The notes beneath the pieces were generated by a model. That model ran no database searches and had not been told where the DNA came from. It saw only the letters and a program-made list of their open reading frames with translations. DNA of 64,000 nt, from NCBI GenBank assembly GCA_003483065.1, contig DMWY01000018.1:8160-72159 (forward strand). Reading direction: 5' to 3'. Source of the stretch: Candidatus Moraniibacteriota bacterium (GTDB taxonomy: Bacteria; Patescibacteriota; Minisyncoccia; Moranbacterales; UBA2206). The translations under genes were made by a program, and so were the position numbers. Positions 47,814-57,272 of the stretch are shown piece after piece. The stretch's first letter is position 1; the number at the start of each line of letters is the position of its first letter.

Positions 47814-48317
47814 ATGAAAAAGCCTATCAGCGAAATCGTAAGGGGATTTTCGGAAAAACTTCCAAGATTCCCTGATGGCCGAATTAACTACACCAAATCA
47901 AACACGGCACCTGTTATCATAATTTTTGTCAAAGTTGGCGAAGAATTCTTGCTTCTAAGACGGAGCAAGAAGGTGCTTGCCTATCAAGGCAAGTGGAGTG
48001 GAAGCGCTGGCTTCCTAGATGATCAAAAACCAATTCGTGATAAAGTTTTAGAAGAGCTTGTCGACGAATTGGGTATTGACGAGAAAAAATTAAAAGAACT
48101 GATCACAAAGATCAAGATCAGTGAGTATTATGAATTTAGGGACGAACAAACCAATAGGATCTGGATTAAAAATCCAGTATTGGTTGAATTGAAAGAAAAA
48201 CCAGAAGTACGCATCAATTGGGAACACGATGCCTTTTGCTGGATTCGAAAAAATGAACTGTCCAAGTTCGACATAGTTGTCGATTTGGAACATGCCCTCG
48301 AATGCGCTTTACAATAA
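47814..48317 (+). CDS. NUDIX-fold protein (degenerate Nudix box)
   Basis: LLLRRS..V..Y.GKW...AG, EEL..ELG, INWEH...WI. Confidence 0.8.
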   Translation: MKKPISEIVRGFSEKLPRFPDGRINYTKSNTAPVIIIFVKVGEEFLLLRRSKKVLAYQGKWSGSAGFLDDQKPIRDKVLEELVDELGIDEKKLKELITKIKISEYYEFRDEQTNRIWIKNPVLVELKEKPEVRINWEHDAFCWIRKNELSKFDIVVDLEHALECALQ

Positions 48318-48500
48318 ACCCTCCTTCGGTAAAACGCCGAGGATTAACTCTCAAAAAGAATTGGAGAAGGCGGACAGGCTTATATAGCTATCCGTCTTTT
48401 ATTTTCCCAAAATCATCCAAAATAGCTTTTTTATAGCTATATTGTCAACATCATATCAAAGTGATAATATGATTATATAAGATAATAATTAGTAAGCTTT

Positions 48501-49088
48501 ATGGATATCAAAATATCGAGTATTTTAGGAAGTGGAAAACTTATCCCTACGAAAGATATAGGTAAAATTGCAACTGCCTTAAAAAATAATGGCCACAAAG
48601 TTGTGCTAACTCAAGGGGTGTGGGATCTTATTCATGAAGGGCATGCCAGATATCTCCAAAAAGCCAAAGCGCTTGGAGATGTGTTGATTGTAGCTGTTGA
48701 TACTGACGAAGTGGTAAAGCATCGCAAGGGTCCTAATCGTCCAATAGTCCCAGAGAAAGAGCGAGTTAATATGATCTCACATTTAAAACATGTCGATCTG
48801 ATTGTTATGAAAGAATCAAAAACAGATCATAATAAACTAATCAGAACTATAAAACCTGATATTTTTGTTATCTCAGAGTCCACACCGTCGAATAAAAAAG
48901 GAAAAAGTTTTTTTGAGGAAGTGAAAGAAGAACACGAAAAGTTCTGTGGAGAAATTATCAACCTAAAACCACAGTCAATAACATCCACTACCGCAAGGAT
49001 TAGATTTCTGACTATTAAGGGAGCAGAAGATCTTGCAACGGAATTACAAAAATCAATAGAAAATTTCTTATATAGCAATAAAATATAA
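48501..49088 (+). CDS. Cytidylyltransferase-like nucleotidyltransferase (RfaE C-terminal/RibL/TagD superfamily)
   Basis: G.WDL.HEGH, GDVLIVAVD.D, KG..RP, STT. Confidence 0.85.
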   Translation: MDIKISSILGSGKLIPTKDIGKIATALKNNGHKVVLTQGVWDLIHEGHARYLQKAKALGDVLIVAVDTDEVVKHRKGPNRPIVPEKERVNMISHLKHVDLIVMKESKTDHNKLIRTIKPDIFVISESTPSNKKGKSFFEEVKEEHEKFCGEIINLKPQSITSTTARIRFLTIKGAEDLATELQKSIENFLYSNKI

Positions 49089-49105
49089 ATTCCCATACTA
49101 AAAAG

Positions 49106-49960
49106 ATGCCTAAAAAAAAGATTTTAATTTCGTTAGTCCCTGTTATACACATCAAATATTTAGAATTATTCAAAAAATATCCAGATCATCTTTATATCTT
49201 AGATGACACAATTCTAAAAAAATGGGACAAATTTGAAAACCTAAAAAGAGATCTACGCTCCATTGATCAAAAGACTATTTGCAATTTCGTTAGGAACTCT
49301 GGCATCCTGAAGGAAGTTGAGCTTCTGACGATGAACAATTTAAAAAATCTAACAAACTTGGAAGAAAAAAATATTTCTATCGTTATGCCAGATGAAGATG
49401 TTTCCCATTGGTTTGCAGAAGAATTTCTTCCTAACAAAAAAGTTGAATTTGAAAATGTCTTTTTAAGATGGAATAAGCCAGTATCGACTCAGGAATTAGC
49501 TATTTCCAGCGACAGGATAATCACCCAAGAAAAAGCTCATAAGGAACTTATCAAAAAAGCCAGTGAACTAAAAGAAAAAAGTGCCAATTGGTGGAGACAA
49601 ATTGGCGCCCTGATTACAGATAAAAAAGGCGCGGTAATACTTTCGGCATTCAATCGTCATGTTCCGACCCAAGAAAATATGGCGGTTTATGGAGATTTAA
49701 GAATGTGCTTTGATGCGGGCGAAAATCATCATCTATCAAACTCTATTCACGCAGAAGCCTCTCTAGTCGGAAAGGCTGCTAAGGATGGAATCAGTCTCAA
49801 CAACACCAGCTTATATGTCACCACATTCCCTTGTCCAACTTGCGCTAAATTGGTAGCAGAGGCCGGCGTCAAAAAAATTTATTATGAGAGTGGCTATTCT
49901 CTCTCTGATGCTGAGGATATTCTCAAAAATGCTGGGGTTGAAATTGTTTTAGTTAAATAG
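49106..49960 (+). CDS. dCMP deaminase-like protein with extra N-terminal domain
   Basis: RQIGA, IHAE, YVTTFPCPTCAK. Confidence 0.85.
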   Translation: MPKKKILISLVPVIHIKYLELFKKYPDHLYILDDTILKKWDKFENLKRDLRSIDQKTICNFVRNSGILKEVELLTMNNLKNLTNLEEKNISIVMPDEDVSHWFAEEFLPNKKVEFENVFLRWNKPVSTQELAISSDRIITQEKAHKELIKKASELKEKSANWWRQIGALITDKKGAVILSAFNRHVPTQENMAVYGDLRMCFDAGENHHLSNSIHAEASLVGKAAKDGISLNNTSLYVTTFPCPTCAKLVAEAGVKKIYYESGYSLSDAEDILKNAGVEIVLVK

Positions 49961-49967
49961 AATTACA

Positions 49968-50000
49968 AAAAAATCCCGCAACTAATGGCGGGATTTTTTT
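49968..50000. terminator. Bidirectional terminator between convergent genes
   Basis: aaaaaaatcccgc-aactaatg-gcgggattttttt. Confidence 0.85.
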
Positions 50001-50019
50001 ATTTGTTAGTCTAGTATTT

Positions 50020-50460
50020 TTAGCCGATTCTTGTGATAACCGGCTCTTTATTTTTAGCAACAACTAGTTGAGCATGCAAGTGTTGCACTGTTGCGCCTGT
50101 CATGCCAGTACTGTCTGAACGCATCAAAAAAGTACTATGCGTTATCTTCAGTTTTTTCTTGACTTTTTTAATAGTATTCCATAGATCTAAAATCTCATCT
50201 TTTTTCATCTCTTCTGGATTTAGAATATGACGCTTCACCACAAAAATTAAATGCTCTCTGGTGTGTTCATATGGCCAAGCGTTTCTTGTCACCACCCAGA
50301 AATCAGTTTCCACTATGATCGGGTTGGGATGATAAGCCGGCTTTTCCTTGTCAATAAAATCATGACAAAAAGGACATATTCCATCAGTTATGATTTTTTT
50401 CATAGTTTCGATTTGTTCTTTTCTACGAGCGTTATTCAAATCTAATCCGCTTTTGTTCAT
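50020..50460 (-). CDS. HIT-family protein (HxHxQ type)
   Basis: CPFC, N.WPY...HL, GATVQHLHAQ. Confidence 0.85.
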   Translation of the reverse strand: MNKSGLDLNNARRKEQIETMKKIITDGICPFCHDFIDKEKPAYHPNPIIVETDFWVVTRNAWPYEHTREHLIFVVKRHILNPEEMKKDEILDLWNTIKKVKKKLKITHSTFLMRSDSTGMTGATVQHLHAQLVVAKNKEPVITRIG

Positions 50461-50486
50461 ATCGTTATATTCATAAATTACATAAT

Positions 50487-51464
50487 CTAAACTGGTGTTG
50501 GAATTTTAAACCAAGGTTCAGGATTATAATCCTCGAGCACAAAATCTTCTTTGCGAAAATCCTGAATTCTCGTCACCTCTCTATTTAGTTTTAGTGTTAC
50601 AGTTGGAAAAGGTTTTGGCTTAATTGAAAGAATCTTATCCACAGATTCCGCCTGAACATCATAATAATGTGGATTAGACAAGAAATGAGTATATTTAGTA
50701 AATTTATAACCCAATAAATGTGCTACCATCAAACCCAAGGCAGACCATTCAATTAGATTAAACTGCAAGCCCACTGGAACATCAGCTGATCGCTGAGTAT
50801 GCGTCATTTCTAATTCTTTCTGCTCATCAAAAAGTACAAAATGAATAAAATTTCCATGACAAGGAGCAACAACAACTTTGCGTTTGAAACCCTGTTTTTC
50901 ATCTCCCATCGACAAAGGTGGATTCCATGTGGTCAAAACATGAGTTCTTAGAAATGGTGCTTTTTCCATTTGCCTCTGGACTGCACTGACCTGATCGAAT
51001 TCTCCCGTTGCGGATTGAAAGTGACCCAAGGAAGCTCCATAAGATCCATCCCCCAAATCACCCTCAGGTAAACCAAATATTGCACATTTTTCTTTTGTAA
51101 CCCAGTCTCTCCAGAAAACTTCCGGACAACCATATTCCTTAAGACCACTTAAGGTGCTTTGCCCATTTAAAAATGCCACCAATTCGCCTATCGAACCATA
51201 AAAAGATTTGGATAAATCACGTTCCGTCAAAACAGGAAAACCATTACTCATTTCGAATTGCAACATAGCGCCTGTTATTTCTTTTGAATTCTGATGTCCA
51301 GAAGTTGCATTCTCTGAAAGCCTCGCATGAATAGGCACCTTGTCTTTTCCTATTGTTTTAATTTTTTTAAGCAGTTCCTGATACTGAAAATCAGGAGTTC
51401 TTTCATTGAAGGGAAGATAATTTATGCCTCCAGCGTTTTTAATTTCAATTTCTTTATCTGCCAT
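50487..51464 (-). CDS. thyA: Thymidylate synthase (divergent)
   Basis: GFP.LT.R, EL..F, WNP, PCH, QRSAD..GL.FN, H.Y. Confidence 0.88.
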   Translation of the reverse strand: MADKEIEIKNAGGINYLPFNERTPDFQYQELLKKIKTIGKDKVPIHARLSENATSGHQNSKEITGAMLQFEMSNGFPVLTERDLSKSFYGSIGELVAFLNGQSTLSGLKEYGCPEVFWRDWVTKEKCAIFGLPEGDLGDGSYGASLGHFQSATGEFDQVSAVQRQMEKAPFLRTHVLTTWNPPLSMGDEKQGFKRKVVVAPCHGNFIHFVLFDEQKELEMTHTQRSADVPVGLQFNLIEWSALGLMVAHLLGYKFTKYTHFLSNPHYYDVQAESVDKILSIKPKPFPTVTLKLNREVTRIQDFRKEDFVLEDYNPEPWFKIPTPV

Positions 51465-51468
51465 ATTT

Positions 51469-52035
51469 TTATTTATTAATTATTTTAATTATTTTATCTA
51501 TCTCCCTGTGAAATTCTTCTAAGCTTTCGTCATTTTCAATTATATAATCAGCTTTTTTTCGTAAACATCTTGTTTGTCTTTCTGCTTCACTTTTATGATC
51601 TTTTTTGAATTTATCCAAAGTTTTAACTCCGTCGTCCGTATTCTCCAGACGCTTACAGATTCTTTCATATCTATTCTTTAAACTAGAATCTATATAAATT
51701 ATTTTTACTTCAAAATATTTTTTGAGAATTTTCAAATCAGAAAACCTTCTTATCCCGTTTATTGCAATTATTCTTTTTTTAATTTTCTTCAAATCTTGAC
51801 TAGCAACATAAGAAATAATATCTTCTCCAAAATATTCCCTCATCATCGTCGAAACTTTTTGCATATTCTCTCTGCTTTCCGGCAAATACATTCTTCCTAA
51901 AATATCACGTAGCACTTCTGAGGATCGGTAAGCATAACTCTCATATTTCTTTTCTATATACGCAGACATCTCATTTTTACCAGAAGCAATATCTCCAGAA
52001 ATAGCTAATATTATTTTCTTCTTTTGCTTATCCAT
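51469..52035 (-). CDS. P-loop nucleotide kinase (dNMP/dephospho-CoA-kinase-like), paralog 2
   Basis: G.IASGK, INGIRR, RYERI..R, AD.IIEN. Confidence 0.8.
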   Translation of the reverse strand: MDKQKKKIILAISGDIASGKNEMSAYIEKKYESYAYRSSEVLRDILGRMYLPESRENMQKVSTMMREYFGEDIISYVASQDLKKIKKRIIAINGIRRFSDLKILKKYFEVKIIYIDSSLKNRYERICKRLENTDDGVKTLDKFKKDHKSEAERQTRCLRKKADYIIENDESLEEFHREIDKIIKIINK

Positions 52036-52146
52036 ACTAGTTTCTTAATTTTACTATCTTTCCCTTCTTTGGTCAAAAATGATTTTTCTATAAATTAAAA
52101 ACGCCAAATTACGGCGTTTTAACGATGATTTTTGATTCTTTGCTTT

Positions 52147-52716
52147 TTATTCATGTTTACTTGAAATTTTAGCCATCATTTTATCCACCTGCGCCTTGAG
52201 TTCTTCGGCTGTACCGTTATTGTTAAACTTAAATTCCGCCTTGCGTCCAATTTCGTGAATAGAAACTTCCGTGAGCTTGCCTTCTTCTTCTAGAAATTCT
52301 TCAAAAGTTGCCTCGCCTTCTCCATCATTTTGTTTTCTCAATTTTGTTCGCTCGTATCTAAGTTTCAAATCGGCATAAACATATACTAGATAAAAATTAT
52401 TGCCGTATTTTTTCACAAAAGGTTCAACGTCACCATGCATTCTAATTCCATCGGCAATGATAACATCCGATCCGTTTTTTTCCATGTCCGTTATCAGAGA
52501 ATCAATAATAATTGAGGGTCCATAACCCTCTTTAAGCACCAAGGCTAGTTTAGCTAAATTATCGCGCGTTACTCCAACGTGAATATCTTCCAACGTTCTT
52601 CGAAGAATTTTGGAAGTGCCATAGTGAATAGCGCCATACTTTTCAATTAAATAATCCGAAACAGTGCCTTTACCCGCACCTTTTTCGCCGATCAGACCTA
52701 AAACTATCTTAGTCAT
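52147..52716 (-). CDS. P-loop nucleotide kinase (dNMP/dephospho-CoA-kinase-like), paralog 1
   Basis: GEKGAGKGT, DGIR, RYER...R, NNGT.EEL. Confidence 0.8.
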   Translation of the reverse strand: MTKIVLGLIGEKGAGKGTVSDYLIEKYGAIHYGTSKILRRTLEDIHVGVTRDNLAKLALVLKEGYGPSIIIDSLITDMEKNGSDVIIADGIRMHGDVEPFVKKYGNNFYLVYVYADLKLRYERTKLRKQNDGEGEATFEEFLEEEGKLTEVSIHEIGRKAEFKFNNNGTAEELKAQVDKMMAKISSKHE

Positions 52717-52829
52717 AAAAATATTTTAACCTTTTAAAACACCTACTAATTCTAGCAAAAAAATGCCGCTTCGTCAATAGAAAAAAAGCGTTTTCACGCT
52801 TTTTTCTTCTATAATCTATAAGCTACGAA

Positions 52830-53519
52830 CTATAAGCTAATTCGAATCCCCACGCCCATCGTTGAGCAAATATTTATTCCTGAAATAAGTTTTCCTTTTA
52901 GGCCTGATGGTTTAGATTTCTCAAGACTACTCACAAAAGTCTTGATATTTTCGTTTAGTTTTGCATCTTCAAAAGAAATTTTTCCCACAATTTGATGGAC
53001 ATTTCCACCATCATCATTTTTGAAAGCAGCTTTACCTTTCTTGAGTGCGGCCACTGTTTCTTTGATTTTTGTAGTCACAGTTTCAGTTTTTGGGTTTGGC
53101 ATAAGGCCCTTTGGTCCAAGAATTTTAGCCACAGGCGCCAATTTTGGCATCATTTCTGGAGTAGCAATCAAAATATCGAATTTGTCTTTGCCGGAAAAAG
53201 CTTTGCCGGATTTTATCTTTTCAATCAACTCTTCTCCACCCACAACATCTGCGCCCGCTTCCTTAGCATCCTTGGCATGAGTTGAGGTAATAACTGCGAT
53301 TAGCTTGCTTTTACCTGTTCCGTGCGGAAGATCTACTATTCCTCGAATTTGTTGATCGCCTTTTTTTGGATCGATATTAGTTTTGATATGAACTTCTACT
53401 GATTCGTCAAATTTAGCAAGCTTATTTTCTTTCATTAAGTTGACCGCCTCTTCTAGTGAATAAATTTTATTCTTATCAATTTTTTCCGCTACTGCGCGAT
53501 ATTTTTTACTTCTTTCCAT
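52830..53519 (-). CDS. rplA: 50S ribosomal protein L1
   Basis: KFDESVE, RG.V.LPHGTGK, LGPKGLMPNPK, STMG. Confidence 0.97.
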   Translation of the reverse strand: MERSKKYRAVAEKIDKNKIYSLEEAVNLMKENKLAKFDESVEVHIKTNIDPKKGDQQIRGIVDLPHGTGKSKLIAVITSTHAKDAKEAGADVVGGEELIEKIKSGKAFSGKDKFDILIATPEMMPKLAPVAKILGPKGLMPNPKTETVTTKIKETVAALKKGKAAFKNDDGGNVHQIVGKISFEDAKLNENIKTFVSSLEKSKPSGLKGKLISGINICSTMGVGIRISL

Positions 53520-53526
53520 ATAGTTC

Positions 53527-53570
53527 TGTGGTAATAATGAATCTTTTTTGAAACAATTAGATTCTCCCAC
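53527..53570 (-). promoter_or_regulatory. L1-binding autoregulatory leader
   Basis: GTGGGAG-aatct...agattc-attattACCAC immediately upstream of the rplA ATG. Confidence 0.7.
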
Positions 53571-53589
53571 TTAATTAATATTTATAACC

Positions 53590-53674
53590 CTACGAAAATA
53601 CAAATTTTTACAAAAGTACAAAATCACGAAATTATAATTTTTTGTATTTTTGTATGTTTTTGTAATTTTGTAGG
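53590..53674. repeat. 9-mer-periodic imperfect palindrome
   Basis: cctacgaaaatacaaatttttacaaaagtacaaaa / ttttgtatttttgtatgtttttgtaattttgtagg. Confidence 0.8.
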
Positions 53675-53677
53675 AAC

Positions 53678-54100
53678 TTATTCAATTTTTATTCCCATTG
53701 ATCTTGCTGTTCCGGCGATAATTTTCATTGCGCCTTCGATGTCATTTGCATTTAGATCAGGCATCTTTTTTTCGGCAATTTCTCGAAGCTTGTCTTTTGA
53801 AATTGTTCCAACCTTGTCTTTCAAAGGATTGCCTGCACCTTTTTCAATGCCGGCCGCTTTTCGCAAAAGATCAGAAGCTGGAGGAGTTTTCAAAACAAAA
53901 CTAAAGGTTCGGTCTTCAAAAACAGTGATTTCAGCTGGGATAATGTCGCCCATCTTGTCCTTGGTCGCATCATTAAACTTCACACAAAACTCTTGGATAT
54001 TTAGTCCGTGTTGCCCCAAAGCCGGTCCGACTGGAGGCGCTGGGTTAGCTTTGCCGGCTTGAATTTGTAGTTTGATAACTGTTTTAATTTTCTTTGCCAT
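53678..54100 (-). CDS. rplK: 50S ribosomal protein L11
   Basis: [29 protein letters not shown]. Confidence 0.98.
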   Translation of the reverse strand: MAKKIKTVIKLQIQAGKANPAPPVGPALGQHGLNIQEFCVKFNDATKDKMGDIIPAEITVFEDRTFSFVLKTPPASDLLRKAAGIEKGAGNPLKDKVGTISKDKLREIAEKKMPDLNANDIEGAMKIIAGTARSMGIKIE

Positions 54101-54112
54101 AATATTATAATA

Positions 54113-54240
54113 ATCAAGAAACAAGCTACAAGATACAAACAATATTCAATATCCAGATTTCAATTTTCAAAAAGTTTGATGTTTGAATTTTGGAATTTAG
54201 AATTTGTTTGTTTCTTGTCCCTTGTGCCTTGTGTCTTATT
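54113..54240. repeat. 7-mer-periodic imperfect palindrome (caagata / ggaattt units)
   Basis: caagaaacaagctacaagatacaaac...tttggaatttagaatttgtttgtttcttgtcccttgtgccttgtgtctt. Confidence 0.8.
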
Positions 54241-54247
54241 TTTTAAT

Positions 54248-54793
54248 TTATATCTTATTAATTTGCAAAAAGTCCAATTCTACCGGAGTTTCTCGTCCAA
54301 AAATAGAAACTAAAACTTTTATCCTTCCTTTTTCTTCATCTACTTCATCAACTTTTCCATCAAAATCTTTGAATGGTCCGTCGATAATTTTGACGCTGTC
54401 GCCCGAAACCACATCAATCTTATATTTTGGCTCCGCTACACCCATTCTTTTCTTGAGCGCTTCAATTTCTCGCGGATCAACTGGAGTAGGTGTTGTTCCT
54501 AGTCCGATAAACCCCGTAACATTGGGCGTATTTCGAACCACATACCATGAAGCGTCTGTGACGATCATATCTACCAAAACATAGCCGGGATAAATTTTTT
54601 CTTCCACCACTGTTCTTTTGCCAGTCTTGATCTTGATTTTCTTTTCAATTGGCACCATCACATCAAAAATCAAATCTTGCATATCCATCGATTCAATTCT
54701 TTGACGCAAATTTCTCGATACATTATCTTCATAACCGCTATAGGTATGAAGTACGTACCAAGCTCGGCCGTGGTGTTGACTTTGTTTTGCCAT
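54248..54793 (-). CDS. nusG: Transcription termination/antitermination factor NusG
   Basis: WYVLHTYSGYE, YPGYVLV, VRNTP.VTGF, KOW GPF..F.G.V, FGRETPVEL. Confidence 0.98.
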   Translation of the reverse strand: MAKQSQHHGRAWYVLHTYSGYEDNVSRNLRQRIESMDMQDLIFDVMVPIEKKIKIKTGKRTVVEEKIYPGYVLVDMIVTDASWYVVRNTPNVTGFIGLGTTPTPVDPREIEALKKRMGVAEPKYKIDVVSGDSVKIIDGPFKDFDGKVDEVDEEKGRIKVLVSIFGRETPVELDFLQINKI

Positions 54794-54803
54794 AATTGTA
54801 ATA

Positions 54804-54903
54804 GCGATGCTAATCTTGCTAATAAATGCTAATCTGCTAATTGCTAATCGTTCATATCATTCGCAATTCGCATCATTCGCATATATTCGTAGATTCGCAT
54901 CGT
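54804..54903. repeat. tgctaat/attcgca periodic imperfect palindrome
   Basis: cgatgctaatcttgctaataaatgctaatctgctaattgctaat / attcgcaattcgcatcattcgcatatattcgtagattcgcatcg. Confidence 0.8.
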
Positions 54904-54904
54904 T

Positions 54905-55090
54905 TTATTTCAAAATAAATGTTTTTAATAAAAATCCGAAAAAATAATCCAACCCGCCCAAAAATATCGCAACGGAAAGACTAATACCAACTACAATTAT
55001 TGTATAGTTGATTGTTTTTTTGCGTGTTGGCCAGTTGACTTTTGTCAGTTCTATCTTGGCTTCTTTTAAAAATTCTAGTATTTTGTTCAT
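54905..55090 (-). CDS. secE: Preprotein translocase subunit SecE
   Basis: FLKE...EL.KV.WP, single TM, upstream of nusG. Confidence 0.95.
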   Translation of the reverse strand: MNKILEFLKEAKIELTKVNWPTRKKTINYTIIVVGISLSVAIFLGGLDYFFGFLLKTFILK

Positions 55091-55161
55091 ATTTTGAGCT
55101 TTTTTAAAAGCCCCTGTGGGCTTCTTTATTAATCTAATACTATCTTATTTTTCAATTTATG

Positions 55162-56196
55162 TCAAATATTGTCCTGTGAACCAATCGCTAGGATAGACAG
55201 TTGATAAAGAATCCGACTTCCAACGATGGCATTCCAATCACTTTTAATATCGTCTTTTTTAGATGGAGAGACTTCGCAAAGGTCAAAACCAATGATTCTT
55301 CTACCGCTTTTCACAATTTGGCGAAGGAGAAAACAGACTTGGTCAAATTCCAATCCTCCCGGCACTGGCGTTCCGGTATTAGGACAAAGAGCTGGATTTA
55401 ACCCATCAATATCAAAACTCACATAAATATTTTTTGGCAAATCCGCAATTATTTCTTGGCACATCACAGACCATTTTTCTCCAGAAAATAGCTTGTCGGA
55501 AATTTCCCGATCGCTATAACACATAATTTTCCCTTTGGATTTTTCCAAAAATTCAATTTCTTCTTCGCAAAAATCACGCGCACCAACATTTACAATTTTT
55601 TCCACCCCCTTAAGTTCACTGGCATTTCGCATAATAGAAGCGTGCGAATTTAGAAATCCTTCATACCCTTTTCGCAAATCAAGATGAGCATCGATTGTTA
55701 AAATTCCAAAATTGCCTTTTTTCGAAAGTGCTCGCATCAGTCCCAACGGACAACTATGATCCCCGCCTAACAGTCCCACAATCTTATCTTGTGAAATATT
55801 TTCTTTTGCAACTTCTTCGATCCAATCAGCCAAAACTTCCGTTCCTTCATTTACTTTTTTCCAAAGATTTTTGTTTTTTATAGGATCACCTTTCTCCAGA
55901 TGCTTTATGCAAGAAACTGCAATTTTTCGCAAATTATTGCAATATTTTTTCCATTTGTTAGAAATTGGAAACATGAAAATTCCCACCTTCCAAGCTTCTG
56001 GAAAAAATGAATCATAAAAATCAATTTGTGGAGATGCTTTGAGAATTGCCTCTGGACCAAGACTTGTCCCATCTCGAAAAGAGACTGTAATTTCACAGGG
56101 TACTGGTAGTATGACAACTTTCGCTTCTTTTTGGCTGAATGGAAGCGCAAAAATATTACCATTTGGCTTAGCAGTTTCGTTAGGATCAAATTGCAT
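55162..56196 (-). CDS. Agmatinase/arginase family protein
   Basis: GGDHS, DAHLD, SFDIDGL.P...P.TGTPVPGG. Confidence 0.92.
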   Translation of the reverse strand: MQFDPNETAKPNGNIFALPFSQKEAKVVILPVPCEITVSFRDGTSLGPEAILKASPQIDFYDSFFPEAWKVGIFMFPISNKWKKYCNNLRKIAVSCIKHLEKGDPIKNKNLWKKVNEGTEVLADWIEEVAKENISQDKIVGLLGGDHSCPLGLMRALSKKGNFGILTIDAHLDLRKGYEGFLNSHASIMRNASELKGVEKIVNVGARDFCEEEIEFLEKSKGKIMCYSDREISDKLFSGEKWSVMCQEIIADLPKNIYVSFDIDGLNPALCPNTGTPVPGGLEFDQVCFLLRQIVKSGRRIIGFDLCEVSPSKKDDIKSDWNAIVGSRILYQLSILAIGSQDNI

Positions 56197-56204
56197 AGAC
56201 TATA

Positions 56205-57032
56205 TTAAATCACAACTTTATTTACATCGATATTTTTTCCAAAAAACTTTTTACCTAAAGTTTTGAATCTATTTGTTAGATCTGTTGAATAAAAATTAAT
56301 TATTTTGTTTTTTCCCAATACTATTTCTATTTCCTTATGTCTTTCAAGATAATTCTTTAATTTTTTTGATACAATTTTTGCTTCCGAAATAATCTTAATT
56401 TTCTTTCCTGCTATTTTTCTAATTTTATTTTCCAATATCCCATAATGAGTGCATCCAAGGATTAGCGTGTCTATATTTTTGTTTTTAAAATAAGAAAGGT
56501 ACTCTTTTAGAATTAGCTCTGTTGCTTTCGAACTATATTCCCCAGCTTCTATAATAGGAACTAGTAGTGGACAAGCCTTTTGAAAAATTTTTATCCCCGG
56601 CTGAATCTTTAATAATTCTCTTTCAAACGCCCCAGACAAAACAGTTCCTTCGGTAGCAATTATACCCACCCTTCCATTTTTTGTTTTTTCTATCGCCTCT
56701 TCAGAGGCAGGAATAAGCACTCCTATTACTTTCTTATTTGGATATTTTTTTGGCAAATATTCACGCTGAATTCTGCGTAAAGCATCACAGGAAACTGTAT
56801 TACAAGCTAAGATAATAATTTCACAATTATTTTTAAAAAGAAAATCTACTGCTTGTTTCGTAAAATCATAAATGATTTCTCCTGAACGTGTGCCATATGG
56901 AGCGCGAGCAGTATCACCCAAATAAATATAATTATACTCAGGAAGTTCCCTTGCGATACTACGCAAGATATGGAGACCACCAAAACCAGAATCGAATACG
57001 CCTATAAACTTATTTCTGGTTTTTTTAGTCAT
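56205..57032 (-). CDS. murI: Glutamate racemase
   Basis: DSG.GG, D.AR.PYG, ACNT, LGCTHY. Confidence 0.96.
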   Translation of the reverse strand: MTKKTRNKFIGVFDSGFGGLHILRSIARELPEYNYIYLGDTARAPYGTRSGEIIYDFTKQAVDFLFKNNCEIIILACNTVSCDALRRIQREYLPKKYPNKKVIGVLIPASEEAIEKTKNGRVGIIATEGTVLSGAFERELLKIQPGIKIFQKACPLLVPIIEAGEYSSKATELILKEYLSYFKNKNIDTLILGCTHYGILENKIRKIAGKKIKIISEAKIVSKKLKNYLERHKEIEIVLGKNKIINFYSTDLTNRFKTLGKKFFGKNIDVNKVVI

Positions 57033-57049
57033 AAAAATGATGCAAAATT

Positions 57050-57126
57050 TGGTGGGCGATTCAAGATTCGAACTTGAGACCTCGTCATTATCAGTGACGC
57101 GCTCTAACCAACTGAGCTAATCGCCC
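57050..57126 (-). tRNA. tRNA-Ile(GAT)
   Basis: gggcgattagctcagttggttagagcgcgtcactGATaatgacgaggtctcaagttcgaatcttgaatcgcccacca; cloverleaf, CCA encoded. Confidence 0.97.
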
Positions 57127-57150
57127 GAAATATTTTTTTTAAAAAAAATG

Positions 57151-57223
57151 TGGACCCTATCGGGCTCGAACCGATCACCCCCTGCTTGCAAAGCAGGTGC
57201 TCTACCAAATGAGCTAAGGGCCC
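57151..57223 (-). tRNA. tRNA-Ala(TGC)
   Basis: gggcccttagctcatttggtagagcacctgcttTGCaagcagg...ggttcgagcccgatagggtcca; G3:U70; CCA not encoded. Confidence 0.97.
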
Positions 57224-57272
57224 AAAAACTAAAATTTATTATATCAAAAGAAGAAAAAAATGGCAAGTCAAA

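Noticed and set aside
3922-54142. Extended N-termini in the ORF track for recO, ileS, rplA and rplK
   Set aside because: The upstream starts fall inside repeats, the T-box terminator or the L1 leader; downstream ATGs match the family N-termini
15962-54903. CRISPR array from the periodic repeats
   Set aside because: Units are 7-9 nt with no unique 30-40-nt spacers, and there are no cas genes
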